64,000 nt of DNA from Catajapyx aquilonaris (taxonomy: Eukaryota). Both the position numbers and the translations under genes were made by a program. Positions within the stretch are counted from its first letter, which is position 1, and the number at the start of each line of letters is the position of its first letter. Of the stretch, positions 23,575-36,221 are shown one piece after another. A model generated the notes under the pieces. It worked only from the letters and a program-made list of their open reading frames with translations. It ran no database searches and was not told where the DNA came from. Where the stretch lies: NCBI GenBank assembly GCA_000934665.2, contig KZ538286.1, positions 1 to 64,000 on the forward strand. Reading direction: 5' to 3'.

Positions 23575-24273
23575 GAGGAATAAAATTATTTACTGTACCA
23601 TTGTCACTTTTCTGCGCATTTCTGCAATAATAATGTTGCCATGGGCTATTCTGCCACCATTTTGCATTTATTTACATTACCACCACACATCAGATCCGAC
23701 AGATTAGACGAGGTGTTTTGTGAGTATGCTTGTGAAGGTCGAGTCGATTCAAAGCATGAAAATATTTTCCATTTTTAAAATGTCGCGCAGAATTCTCAAT
23801 ATTGGTCCTGTTTTCAACAATCCAATAAGCTTCCTGTGTTACGACGGCTTATAACCTACATGCGAAATATCCGGATAGAACTCGAGACCCCAGAAGTGTA
23901 AAGTTGGACGCATCCAACTTGTTATTTGGTGTGTAAGTCTAAAAATTATTCCCTCGCATTACTGTGGGGCCTGCCTTTGTTACTTGAAAGACCTTGATAC
24001 AGTTTGATGCAGTGAATTAAGATTGTACTATACGCTCCACAGGTGTCAATTAACAGAACAAAAAACAAACAAACACAAAACAAACAACCATGACTATTTT
24101 AAACCCAGCTTGAGACGACACCGGGTTTGCACACAGATTTGTAGAAAGTTAATTAAAGCTCTCGTGTTAAGTATGGTGCACTCGGGAGTGCCCAAGTCAG
24201 AATTTTTAAGTGACTCATGAAATGTAAGTGACTAGGAATGCGTTTCCCTTTCCCTCGAATATTTCGGAAGGCT

Positions 24274-27200
24274 TCAAGCACTGGACCAGTGCTCCGCCTT
24301 CCAGAGCAGCGCATACATGTGATCCTCCCTCATTGGGGTGCTGCATGTTGGGCTGCCTGGGGCTGTGGCATATCGGGCTATCAGATGCCTGTAGCCTTTT
24401 CCCACGGTGGCCAAGAGTGCAGCAGGAGCGATGCTTCGGTCGACAGCAGGCTCGTCCGCAGACTTCTGTTGCGACTCAGTTCCCTCCTGTGATTGTTCAG
24501 TTCGCTCAGGTGCCGGGAACACAATTGGAACAATAGCCCTGACTTCCTCCTCGTACGGCCTGAACACCGTGATGGGCCTCATGGTGCTTCCTTCCGCAAC
24601 CACAAGGCACCCCCACATGGTGCCGATGTACACCTCCTTATTCACCACTGCCAAGCTCGTAACCTGTCATCAAAAAATTCGTAATTACAACACATCAACG
24701 TTATGAACCATGAGTAATTTACCTGGCAGCGTCCTGGGCTGAGGTGCTCCTCGATGCTGATTGACTTGAGGCTCTCGGAACAGGGCACTAGTTTTGAGCA
24801 GTCCAGCTTGCACAGAATACTCTTTGAGAGCGGGTCCCACCTGTACACCACGCAGCCTGGGTACACGTACGACCACACCGAGCGCTCCTCCACAGACACG
24901 CCCGCCACGTCCGAAGAGGTCAGCTGGAGGACCTCCAGGTTCTCTATCACTGGATCGTAATGGCTCACTATCTCCTGGGACACAACCACGTTCTCACGGA
25001 GAGAAAATATGGAGATGCTGCCATCCGACTGACCACACCAGAGCTCGCAGAACCTGAAAAGTTCCACGGAATAACAACAGTTGCTTGGCTTACGCATGCC
25101 AACGTACCTTCCTTCCTCGTAGGCAAGAGCTGTAATGCAGTGCAAAACGGTGCTGTTGCCTAACTCAGTGAGCACGAATATCCCTTCCCCCTTGGTGGTG
25201 CTGGGCGGCATGACGTCACTGCTGCACAAGAACAGCCTTCCGTTATGCAGCCCCACGGCCACCCTTCCCAGCGTGGGAAGGTACAGCAGTGCACGGACAG
25301 GAGAGGCCTCCACTCCATCCGGCTCCATGGTGTAGCTGAACACGTGAGCGTACGTGGACGCACTGAAGGAGTGAACCTGTCCCCTGGCATCCCCAACCCA
25401 AACAGAGTCCCGCACCACGGCTATCACAGTGGGCACAGCCTGGAGTCGCTGGAGGCTGTGGCAGTCGTTCCAGCCAGACTCGCTGCACGAGAGGAGGTCC
25501 AGCTGGAGGCTGGAGCAGCACAGCCACAGCTCGGACTCGGCTTGAGGCGACGGTGCCAGTTGCAGCGAGCAGGCAGCCAGCACATTCGCCTGATGGCTCA
25601 GTGACACTACGTCAAGCAGATGGCTGAACTCCGGCGCCGATGCAATGGAAACAATCTGGCTGGCAGAGGGCCGCTCCCGAGGCTGCTGGCACCAGCACGA
25701 CACCATCAGGTCCAGGGCGTAGGTTGGGTACAGGGTTTCTCTGGAGGAGTAGCGGACACAGTTCGGGCTTCAAAATATGGACGTTCATCAGCAAATTTTT
25801 TTCAAAAGCTATTCAAATGTAGCATCATTTTCATTTCTGAAAGGAAAATGTGAACCACCGTACCTATGCGTGAGCGGTGGCCGTCCACCTTCCAGTATAA
25901 ACTCCTTGACCGAGTCGTGCCCTTCAAACGGCTGATGCAGGCTAAGCAGCTCGTACATGAACATCCCAAAGGAGAAGCAGTCCACCTTCTCGGTGTACTC
26001 CTCCTCACCGTTGTAGCGCATGATTTCCGGAGCCATGAATCCCTCAGTGCCACCAAACCCTTTGGTTCCAGTGGGCAGGGTCGATCGGCTAATTCCGTAG
26101 TCGGCCAGGCGCACCTCAACCCTGGCCAAAGGATCACGGTGGAAGGGAGGGGGTATTTCCCACACCAGCACGTTCTCCGACTTGAGATCCCGGTAGATGA
26201 TGTGCTGCTGGTGCAAGTACTCCACAGCCTTTGCTACCTGCAGAACAATCTGCTGCAGTACGTACACTCCCAACTGAGCCCCTGACCGCCTGTAGTGGCG
26301 GAGGATGACGTCCAGTGCTCCCTGGGGTGCCAAACGCAGCACCAGCGCCAGGGGTCGGGTGCACACTCCGATGAAGGGTACGATGTTTGGATGACGCAGG
26401 GCAACCAAGATGTTCAGCTCCTGCCTAGCCGTGCAGTATGCCTTGCATGCATGCTGAAGTGGATCTCGTTCCCACTTGCTCTGAGCAGCCTGAAACGCGA
26501 TGGAATTAAGAAGTGGCAGCAGGTACACACGGGAATGTCCGTACCTTGTAAGCCAAGACGGCTGATTGTCTCGTGTTCGGTCCTGGGTCCACAGGTTGCA
26601 GCATCTTCATTGCAACATCCACAAATCCAGGCGAAGCTCTTGGCCTGCAACTGGCTTTGAAAACGAACCCAAATGCCCCCCGTCCCAGCATCTTCCCTCG
26701 CTTGACCTGCTCTGGCGGAATCAGGTATCTCTCTCCAAGGTCCAGGAATATGGTGTCAGGTGCTACCTGCGCCAGACTGATGTCCCTATGCACAGGGCAT
26801 TGCACCGTCTTGGTATCGTATGCAGCCAGAATGCATTCCTCTATCATCCAGGCGTACACCAGTTCCTCCCCGTCCACACTTTGTCCGATGCCATCCCTCT
26901 CGAGAGACCCGCTGTGGCGATGCTCAGCCTCTGGTCGGCTCTCCACTGACGAGGCCTTGCAGCTGGACGTTGGGCTCTCTGCTCCGACGCCACTGTCCCC
27001 ATCCGACGTGTAGCTCTCTCTGGATCCCCTGTTGCGTCGGTAGCTGTCCTGGCTGACTCTTGACTGCAACGAAACCAACTCTTCTCCGCTACTGGTTCTC
27101 TACAAACGAATGTTTGCACCAACATACATGCATAATGGGTTGGTCCATCATTCCAGAAGCATCAGGCATGACCCAATCGTTGTAGCCTGCTGATGGTGTG

Positions 27201-30200
27201 TCCTGCTGAAGCTGGAGGACCAGGCATCGAGGACATGGAACCATGCGAGTCACCAAGTACTTGCCCTCGGAAGTATGCACAAATCGTGTACCTGCATCGA
27301 ACAATATGGAAGATCAAACAGCTTACGACAAATGTCGCACTGGCCACGAAACAAAGGGCTCACCAAGAGTTGGATACCAATCCTCGAGAAGAGTGTCGAT
27401 CTGGTCTACGGCCAGAGACAAAAGCTTAGCCACGCATTCTGGGTTAGGATCTAGCACAACCGTCTGATAACCAATTGGCTTCGAGTTGTCACCGTCGCAG
27501 TCTGATTCGTCAATGATGGGTCGCTTCACCGCAACAGTGTCCACCGGAAGGAGTATCTCCAAAATGGATGCGTGGCTTAAATCCACTTCAGCCCACACTC
27601 CCTCCTGCTTCAGCATAAACCTGAGGAAAGTCGACTTGGTCAGTTTGCTGTTGCGTTTACACTAGAAACAGTCGAGAAGCCACTAACTTCATCTGCCTGA
27701 AGTCGTACGGTGCGTTCCTAAGCCGCGGGGAAACTTCCTTCATGCGGAACAGCACAGTGTCAATGCACCTGAGCTCCATCCCTGTTTGCCAGCAGAGCCA
27801 CTCCGCCTTCCTGTCCAGAACCTGCGCCAGGAGTGGGTCCTGCGTAACTTCCTTGGGCAAGATAAAGTAGGAGCGAATTATCTCCACAACAGTGTCGTCT
27901 GCCAGCATGCGAGTGAGCAACCGAGACCAAAAGCCGCTCGGAAAATAAGACATCAGCAGGAGGCGGTGCAGGGAACACTCGGGGTCAGAACGATGGCTGA
28001 TCTCGTATGGGCTCACTGGCTTCTGATTAGGAAACTCAGGCTGCTCTTTTCTTGGCGAACCTGTTTCCAAAATGGTAAGACTCAAATCAATAAAATAATG
28101 ATCCAAGCATGATTTTTTTTTTCTCATATTGAAATGCACCAATATACCTATCAGATCAAGACATAAGACCGGAGAGTTGAGCGGCTTCTTCGGCTTCCTA
28201 TCTTCACTCATCTGCATGTAAAAAGATGAGTTTCCGACCAGCGTAGATGCATGAGATGCAGCGAACTTTTTGGTTCGCAAGGCCCATCCCCTAGAACGCA
28301 CTGGGATCTGCGGAATACGAAAATGGATTACATATAAACCAAACATGATGCGTGCGAGAAGTGTAAAATGAACTAACTCGGACTTCCGTCCCCGGCAGCC
28401 CAGACAAGAGATGCTCTTCAGTGGGCAGAAGAGACGGAATGAGCAGTGTCCGACTGTCCCAAGTGAGGGCGACTTCAAACTTGTTCAGCAGGTTCACCAG
28501 GTAAGTCTTGGCATCACAAGGCGCACAAGTAGATGACTTGAACACATGCTTCATGTCGTCTAATTTCATTATTCCTGCGCCACAAGAGGTCAGGGTGTGA
28601 ATATATGTCACGTTCGCAAAGACTGATTCGCTTACCATTTCGTGCAAATGGATTGATTTCACGGATGGTAACAACATGAGCCAGCATGTCACAAAGCCAC
28701 TGTGGGTCCAAGAAGTACAGGTCCTTCAGCGTCGCATCGTCATAATGGAGAAGAACACCTGGAATATCAAGCAACAGTTATGCGCAATTTTTGATACGAT
28801 CATAATTATGTCTCACCATTTTCATGAAGAAAGGTAGTCGCCTGATTGAGCTCAGCTGTGTCTCGGAAGGTGATGTGGTAACGCAGCTGCATTTCATGTG
28901 TTACGAGCATCCTGTATTGCTCTGTGGTAAGTACTGGGTCGTAGTTGTGCAGACGCCGCTCAGCTGCCAGGGAAGTAACTACGTCCTCCAGTGCAAGGTA
29001 AGTGGCTGGGATCTTTTGCTCCAAGAGACGTTCCTTTGATCCTGTAGCGAGCATGACGAAATCGGTTTCCAAAAGTGCAACAACATGACAAGTTGACACT
29101 TACCAGATGAGCGCAAGTTAAACACAGTATCGTAAATGAGGTTGCAAAGCATCTTGATATTATGGTGCGTCTTGCAGCTAACTTCAACCGTATCCAAAAT
29201 ACGTGGCAATCCGCACTTTTCCGCGTCCACCACATTTATGAACCTGCAAAACAGACGCGTCACAATCCTACATGCTTTACTGTAACCTGTTCAGCTCACT
29301 TGTCTCGAATCATCTGCTGCAAGTCGTCCATGAAAGACGGCGGATATAACGAGGACTCGTTGGCAACGTCATAATGGGTTCCGACAATCAGAACAGGCGA
29401 GTTGGGAGCCCGCGCCTGGATGTTGACCAACCACTGAAGGAGCTCATTCAGACCCTTCTCCCCATCAGTTATCCGCCAGATGACCAGGTACAAGCTTCGC
29501 CTGGACAGAAAATATTGATGTGTCGCGTAGTACTCGCGCTGGCCTCCGAAGTCCCAAGTCCTGCAATGCAAATCGGTTATTCGATTGAATTTCCATCAGT
29601 CGACTAGAAACAAATGCGGCATACCTAAACACGACTGGTCCATGTCCGGCATGATTTCTCGACTTCTTTTCATAGACCCACGTGCCAATGTCTACACCCA
29701 CAGTTGATATGTTAGTCCCTTTGGCCGTCTTGAGATTGATATTCTTGTTACCCATCCTTTTGGCCCAGTGCTGCAAGGAAATTGTTACGAAACATTGCCC
29801 ACCAATAAGATGTGAATTTTGCGACCAACCTCAATTGGCTTCTTTTTGAATGATCCGGTCCCTTCCTGCCTAAGCTGCTCCAGCAACGATGTCTTCCCGA
29901 TGCCTTGTATGCCGACAATCATGAGCTTCATACGAGCGTACGGCCTCGCGTCCTCCAAGATTGACTTGAGATATCCAACCACGTCCATGGTCTTGTACTT
30001 TTTAGACTCAATCATAGTCTTGAGGGGCTCCTGCAAGTTGCAGCCGCGTGTGTTCAGGTTCCACAACCTCGAGAGAAGACCCATCTGTGGCGGAAGCTCG
30101 CAAATGTCTGCAGTGGAAAAACATGGATTGCAACAAGCACAATAATTAAGAATACACTTGATTGAAATTGTTACCTGGATTTCCACTTATGTTAAGTACA

Positions 30201-33200
30201 GAAAGATTGGTCAGTTCGCTAATATTGAATGGTATCTCCCGCAACTCATTGTTGCTAACGTCCAACATGCTCAGGTTGGGGAAGAGGAGCCGCGTCTTTC
30301 CAGGTGGAATTGGCGAACACACACTGTCGCGATCGTCCTTGTCGTCGTCATCATAAAGGGAGCTGCCTCCGTCGTCATCTATCGTCACCTGCAGGCGCAT
30401 CAGGCAGTTGTCCGCAGCGATCAGGGTTCGAATGTTGTCGAAGCGGAGGTGTCTCCGATGGACACACATGGAGTTGAAGAGGGCTGGTCTGGACGATCGC
30501 GCGGACTTCCTTCCTACAATATAAATTATTCATAAATCCTGCATATCCCAAGGTACGACCTTTCATAGCGAATGGTGGAATAGTTAAGTTAGACCTACCT
30601 GTGGAGCTTACTACTCTTCCGACAGGCTTATTTCCCTCGCCCAAAATGTAGCAGTTGGTCATAGCCTGCTCCAGCTCCAGCATCCCAAGCGACGGCAGAC
30701 TGGGCCATGAAGTGACGCGGTTGTGAGAAACATCCACTTGCTTCAGGCTGATCGGATAAGACGTGATCCAGCCCATACTGGTCAAGCTGCACGATAAGAA
30801 TTCAGCGCATTAGTTTGCGATCCATGTTACCTCACGGCTGGTTCAACTCACTTGTTGTAAGACATGTTGAGTCTGGAGAGATTGACGGCCAGACACGCAA
30901 GAGGGGCTGGAATGCTGGTGAACTTGTTGTGCGCCAGATTGAGTGCCTGGAGTTGCGACAGGTGGTCCTGGCAGTCGTCAGCGGAGGGCAGGGCTTGCTC
31001 TGACACCTCCACCGATTGGCTCCATATGTTGTGGTGTGGCAAATCACGGCTCACTACACACTCTGCTTTCATGTACTGTTTGCGGAGAGCACTCGCATCA
31101 TCCAGGCTCTCTTCCAGCACTCCTTCCTCCTCTTCTGGAGGCTGCTCAAGCGTCTCATTGCCTTGGTCCGACGAGGGTGATTCCAACACTTTGATTTGAC
31201 CCTTCCCAATTCCTCTTCCTTCTACTCTGTCCGCACTGTCGCCACCAGCAGCAGTGTGTTCCTCAGGACATGACGGAAGCTCCCTGAGAAGATTCAAGGC
31301 CACATTCAGCTCCCTCAACCGAGGAGAGGTCCACATCTTGTACGGAAGAGTCTGTAACAATCCGTGGAATTTGATGTTAATCTATGAAATATCAAAGGAT
31401 GAAGCAACTGGGTTCACCTGCAGCTTGTTGTTGGACAGGTCGAGAACCACCAGGGATGGCAGCTGAAACAAGACGTCAGGGACTGTATCGAATCGGTTGT
31501 CCTGCAGCAGCAATTCCTCCAGCACAGGGCAGTTGTACACTGGGGGCTCCTCAGGCTGCGACAATCTGTGAACTGGCCTGCGGGGAAGGTGCGTGGTTGC
31601 GGGTGTGGGAAGGTGTCCCCAGGGGAGACGCTCCAGCTTATTTTGCGCCAGGTTCAGGTACCGCAAGCTTTGTAGCTGGAACACGCAGATGGGCACCTGC
31701 ATCAGGGTATTGTTGGACACGTCCAGCCGTGTAATTGCGTGAAGGGCCAAGGGCTGGTTCCTCGGGCAGAGACGCAGCTTCGGATTCAGCCCCAGGGAGG
31801 CATCAATGAGCCACTGCTGTCTGATGTGGTCCAAACATTGCTGTCCATGCCAGTTGATCATCACTGGGACGCTCGGAAGCATTGAGCTGTAAGTGACACT
31901 TCCCACCAGGCCACCCACCTGTCCGGAATGCATCTCGGACACGCCCTTCTTGTTGGTGCGATGCTCTGGGTCCTGGAGGAAGATGTCAACATGCAATTTG
32001 AATCCTCGTATGAAAAAGACAATCCTTCAAACTAATTACCTGATGAGCTTTCAAGGCCAGTAGCTTGGACATGATGATCTCATCCCGAGCATGGGCTGCC
32101 ACGTACAAGGCCTTGCACTCGTCATCTCTGGACCCGTTCTTCAACAGAAGGTCAATCATGCCCATGTCCCTGTTGCGCACTGCTTCCACTAAGGCCGTGG
32201 ATCCCGTGAACACAAACTCCTGCTCCTGTTCCGACGACTGCTCATCTTCCGGCAGGTAAATGGGCAGGTTGGGGGAGGCACCGGCCGTCAGAAGGGCCGA
32301 TACAATAGAATGATTACGATGCTTAGCTGCCACGTGAAGGGCAGTCTCCGAGTTGTTGTTGCAGTACAGGTCTAGGTCGATGGGATTCAAAAGGGTTTCG
32401 TTGCTCTTTAGATTCATCTGATGATGGAGAAGGTCATGTCCACTCCGACTCAGGTTCAGTTTCGACATTATGGATTGGATGCCACTTGAGATTCCCCTCT
32501 TCTTTGGGCTTGGATTGTTCTCTCCCTTCTTGCCTTCCTCCTCGTCTCCCATTTTAATGGCTTCCACCTCGCACTTTTCCTGTAAACATTGATTAGTTAC
32601 GTCAGCAATTTTACTTACACGATGACCCCAACCTCGCCTTACCTTGACTTTCACAGCCTTCACTTTGTACTTTAGAAGCAGTTCGACCATCCGCTGGTTG
32701 CCCACGTAGCAGGCCAAATACAACACGCTCTGCCCAGTAACGTCCCTCATGTTCAGGTCAAAAGGCATTTCGTATTCCCATGCATTGCTCTTGTCCCGAA
32801 ACTTCTTCATCACAGATTCTGGATACTGGAACTTGTGCAGCAGTAATTCCAACACCCCAACGTGTCCGTTTATGCAGCACGCATGCAGAGGCAGCCACTT
32901 CTCCACAGTGCACAGCTGAATTAATTCTGGGAATTTCTGAAAACATACACCAATGTCAGCAAGTCATCCATATTTTTAAATGTCCTTGTGTGTACCTAAA
33001 TGCTAAAGAAATACCTGAAGAAATACCTGAAGCGCCTTACCTTCAGAACCATCTCCGCAATCTCCTTCCTTCCATAATAACATGCTATGTAAACAGGGGA
33101 ATACTTGGTCACTGGATGGCATCTTCCGTCAGCCCCGTAATCCAGAAGAATTCTCACTATTTCTCTTTGTCCGCTTTCACAAGCCCTGCAACAATTCAGA

Positions 33201-35387
33201 ACGTTGAGAGAGAAGTCCATGAATCGAATCAAAATTCACTTTGTTTTGCCCTGGTTTCAGGCGGGACCATTTCCTACAGTTTAATGCACAACGTCAGCTG
33301 ACTTACCTAAATAGAAGCGTGTTATTAGCGTTAGGTGCCAAATTCACAACCATTGGTGCGTCTGAGTCTATGTTGGCCAGTATCTGCTTCACTTGGGCCA
33401 AATCTCCTCGGGTACATGCTTCCTGCAGGGCTAAAAACAGGCCTCTCCTGGTCTCCTCCTTAGCGCCTGAAGGAAATTAAGACAAAATAAGTGTCCTGAG
33501 ACGCAAAGACCAAAATGCAATTTCCGCATACCTGCAGCTGCTTTCAGGACGTCCATACACTCCATGTGCTCTCCCTTCTCGGCCAAGTCCAGTGCTGTCA
33601 TTCCATTGGTGTCCTTCGCTAACAAGTTGGCACCATGCTCCAGCAGGAGTTGCACATTTCGGATGTGGCCATGTTCACTGCTTATATGAAGTGGCGTCTG
33701 CAGGCACAGGAAATGAATCAGTCAAATTACACATTGACGCATGCTATTACTTACCCTTCGCTCCCCTCGAGGTCCGCATGGAATGTTGGAGTCAGCTGGA
33801 AGCAAATTGCGTTACAGGTTATGCATCTTACAGGCGTGATTTAACGTGCTTGTAGCTCACCTCCTGCCTGCAGAAGGATTCGCAGGCAGCGTGAACCCTC
33901 CGTGGTGGCGGCAGCATGCAGTGGTGTCCGTCCCCATGAGTCCTGGCTGTCAATGTGGCCCAGGTGCTCGCCGTTGAGGAGGTCCTCCAGCAGCTCAGCA
34001 TTGTCCCACAAAGCTGCCTGCAACGGCAAAACAATATGGTTAAAAGTGGGAAACACTTAGCCACGGCTGAGTTGGTTTGAACAATACAATGTATTCGATC
34101 ACTCAAGGGCATTTTTTTTTTTTCTCTCGCTAAGCTGCAAATATCCTGTAAATTGAATGGACCGTCAATCAGCATCCTGAGTAGTTCACACAAACTTGAA
34201 CGAAAAGTACTTGTACTCTACTTATTCAATTCAATGTATGGCTACATACCTAAAATGTGGGCCAAGATTTTTAACGTGAATATATACATTTCTTCAGATT
34301 ATTAACCGCATGGTTTTAGTCAGGGTCATCTGTGATAATTAATCAGTGCTTATGGCGATAAGGAGAAGATATTTTCAGACCGACAGATAAAGTGTTATTG
34401 TACTGGTTTATATTTCTGGTTCAGTTGTGGCCATTGGACGAAGGCAGACTTCTCCTTTATTGATGATTTCCTTGCGTCACGGCTCGCAAGGCTTATGGTC
34501 ACTAGTTTTGTGGCACACAGGAACCATACAAAATTGGGTGCTTGCAGATCATTAATGATAATATCCAGTATGTTTATGAGTCACTATTCATTTTGGGGGG
34601 GGGTCACCCTTCTCTGTGACATTAGTCGACCTTGTGCAAAAAAGCAGGATGTAGTCCATCAAATAACTCTTGTGAATAATCAATTCTCATTGCACTGTAA
34701 CGCACATGACAGCTTTCATAATAAATTCTTATTACATACAGTCTTTTCCTGCACTTTTCGGTCAAGTACGCTCCCGGCTGGATATTGATAAACATATTAA
34801 ACCGACTAGTGATTTACGTTTATGAGAAAAACCAGCCGTAATTTCCGGCTAAACGACTAACCTGAGCGCATTCCATCTGATCCCAGAAATCAGCGGTATT
34901 CACGCAACAGCAACAAACCTCGTTCCATCAATCGCGGCAATGCCAAGGTTAAGACACAAAAAAGTTGCAGCACCGAGAAACGTCTAGGTCGTATTGCAAA
35001 CTGAACCTGGGATTAAAAAGTGTCTATTCTAAGCCAAGATAAGTCCCCGATTGGGATTGCAGTGTTGCAACTACCATATAGTTAGAAGCCCCGTTCTGGC
35101 CTATAATCCTCTTCTGTTCAACGCAAGAATTAGCCAAAGGGTTAGTCACTTGACTAGTGATGGACTTCCAGCGGTCGTCAAAGACTTCAACCGGACTTCA
35201 GTCTTGGTTTATCGCCTTCGTAAGTGACTAATTAGCCTTCCATTGGAATTATGACCTAGGCCAATAATGCCTGGCTTTTGTGTTTGGAGTGTTGTCTTGC
35301 TATTCCCCGTACCTGGTGCAGCAGCCTCCCAGGGAAGTCCTCCTCCTCTGGCGTTCCCAATCCGAGTGGCACGACCTGACCATCCAT
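24274..35387 (-). CDS. Lrrk: Leucine-rich repeat kinase (ROCO: ANK-LRR-ROC-COR-kinase-WD40-like), invertebrate Lrrk/LRK-1 type
   Basis: FPGRLLHQ|AALWDNAELLEDLL ankyrins; LRRs; ROC P-loop MKLMIVGIQGIGKTSLL and TWDFGGQREYYATHQYFLS; COR YFPSGFWSRL; kinase LGRGAFG, IIYRDLKSEN, LADYGISR, GTEGFMAPE. More than 25 exons. Confidence 0.96.
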
Positions 35388-35755
35388 GTCCTCCTGGGTG
35401 CCGCTAGCTGCCCGAGTCCTTCCTCCTCCAGCCTGCCTGGCAATGCAGTGATCCGAATGTTCCGGCCTGGTGCGCTGCCTCAGCACCACGCAGTCCTCCT
35501 GCCAAACCATGCGTTACTATTGCTTACAATACACTCTTTTTCCCAGAGCACCATCAATACCTGCTGGCCAGATGGACGCTCCTTCCGCAGCAGCCGACCT
35601 TCTTCTTCGTCTCCATCGTCGTCTGCTGCTGGTGGTGCGCGGGACTAATCATGCGTACAGTACACCCACACCCGAAGAGACTAATTGGAAGGCGGGCGCG
35701 CTCTGTGCTTCCCACACACTTCAGCGGATCGGCCGAATGTGGGATGAGGATTACG

Positions 35756-35872
35756 TGACGTCATACCATTAGCGTGGGACGGAATAGCCCTGTTTGAACG
35801 CGCCAATAAGGACGGCTCTGATTGGCTCGAATGGCCTGATGCTGCGTTGCTATTGGCTCATTGTGGACGTCA
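35756..35872. promoter_or_regulatory. Bidirectional Lrrk/SF3A3 promoter with CRE and CCAAT boxes
   Basis: TGACGTCA at 35756-35763, CCAAT at 35803, ATTGG at 35821 and 35852, GGACGTCA at about 35865, centred between ATGs 835 bp apart. Confidence 0.6.
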
Positions 35873-36221
35873 CGCCTGCGCTGTGAAGCACAGCTTTTGC
35901 CTACTAGTGATAGCAGTAGCAGCTTAAACCAGCCGCCAGCTGGCCTGTGCCTGTCAACGTATTAGCATGTACCGGTACCGCATGTGGGGCACTATACGTG
36001 TGTATGACTTGTTGTACCACTATGGAATTAGTTAGGAACGATTAGGAAGAAAAATGGGGCTTAAAATAAAATTCAGCTGTTACTTCCCATCCTTCAGCTA
36101 CTGCGTTGCAATCGGCTCCTGGCCATGTTGCCACATGTCCGGTTCGACCATTCGGCGTCTGGTCATCGTCCGTCGCATTGTCTTCTTGAGTTGAGAGGTG
36201 CCGGCGTACCGATTAGACGAG

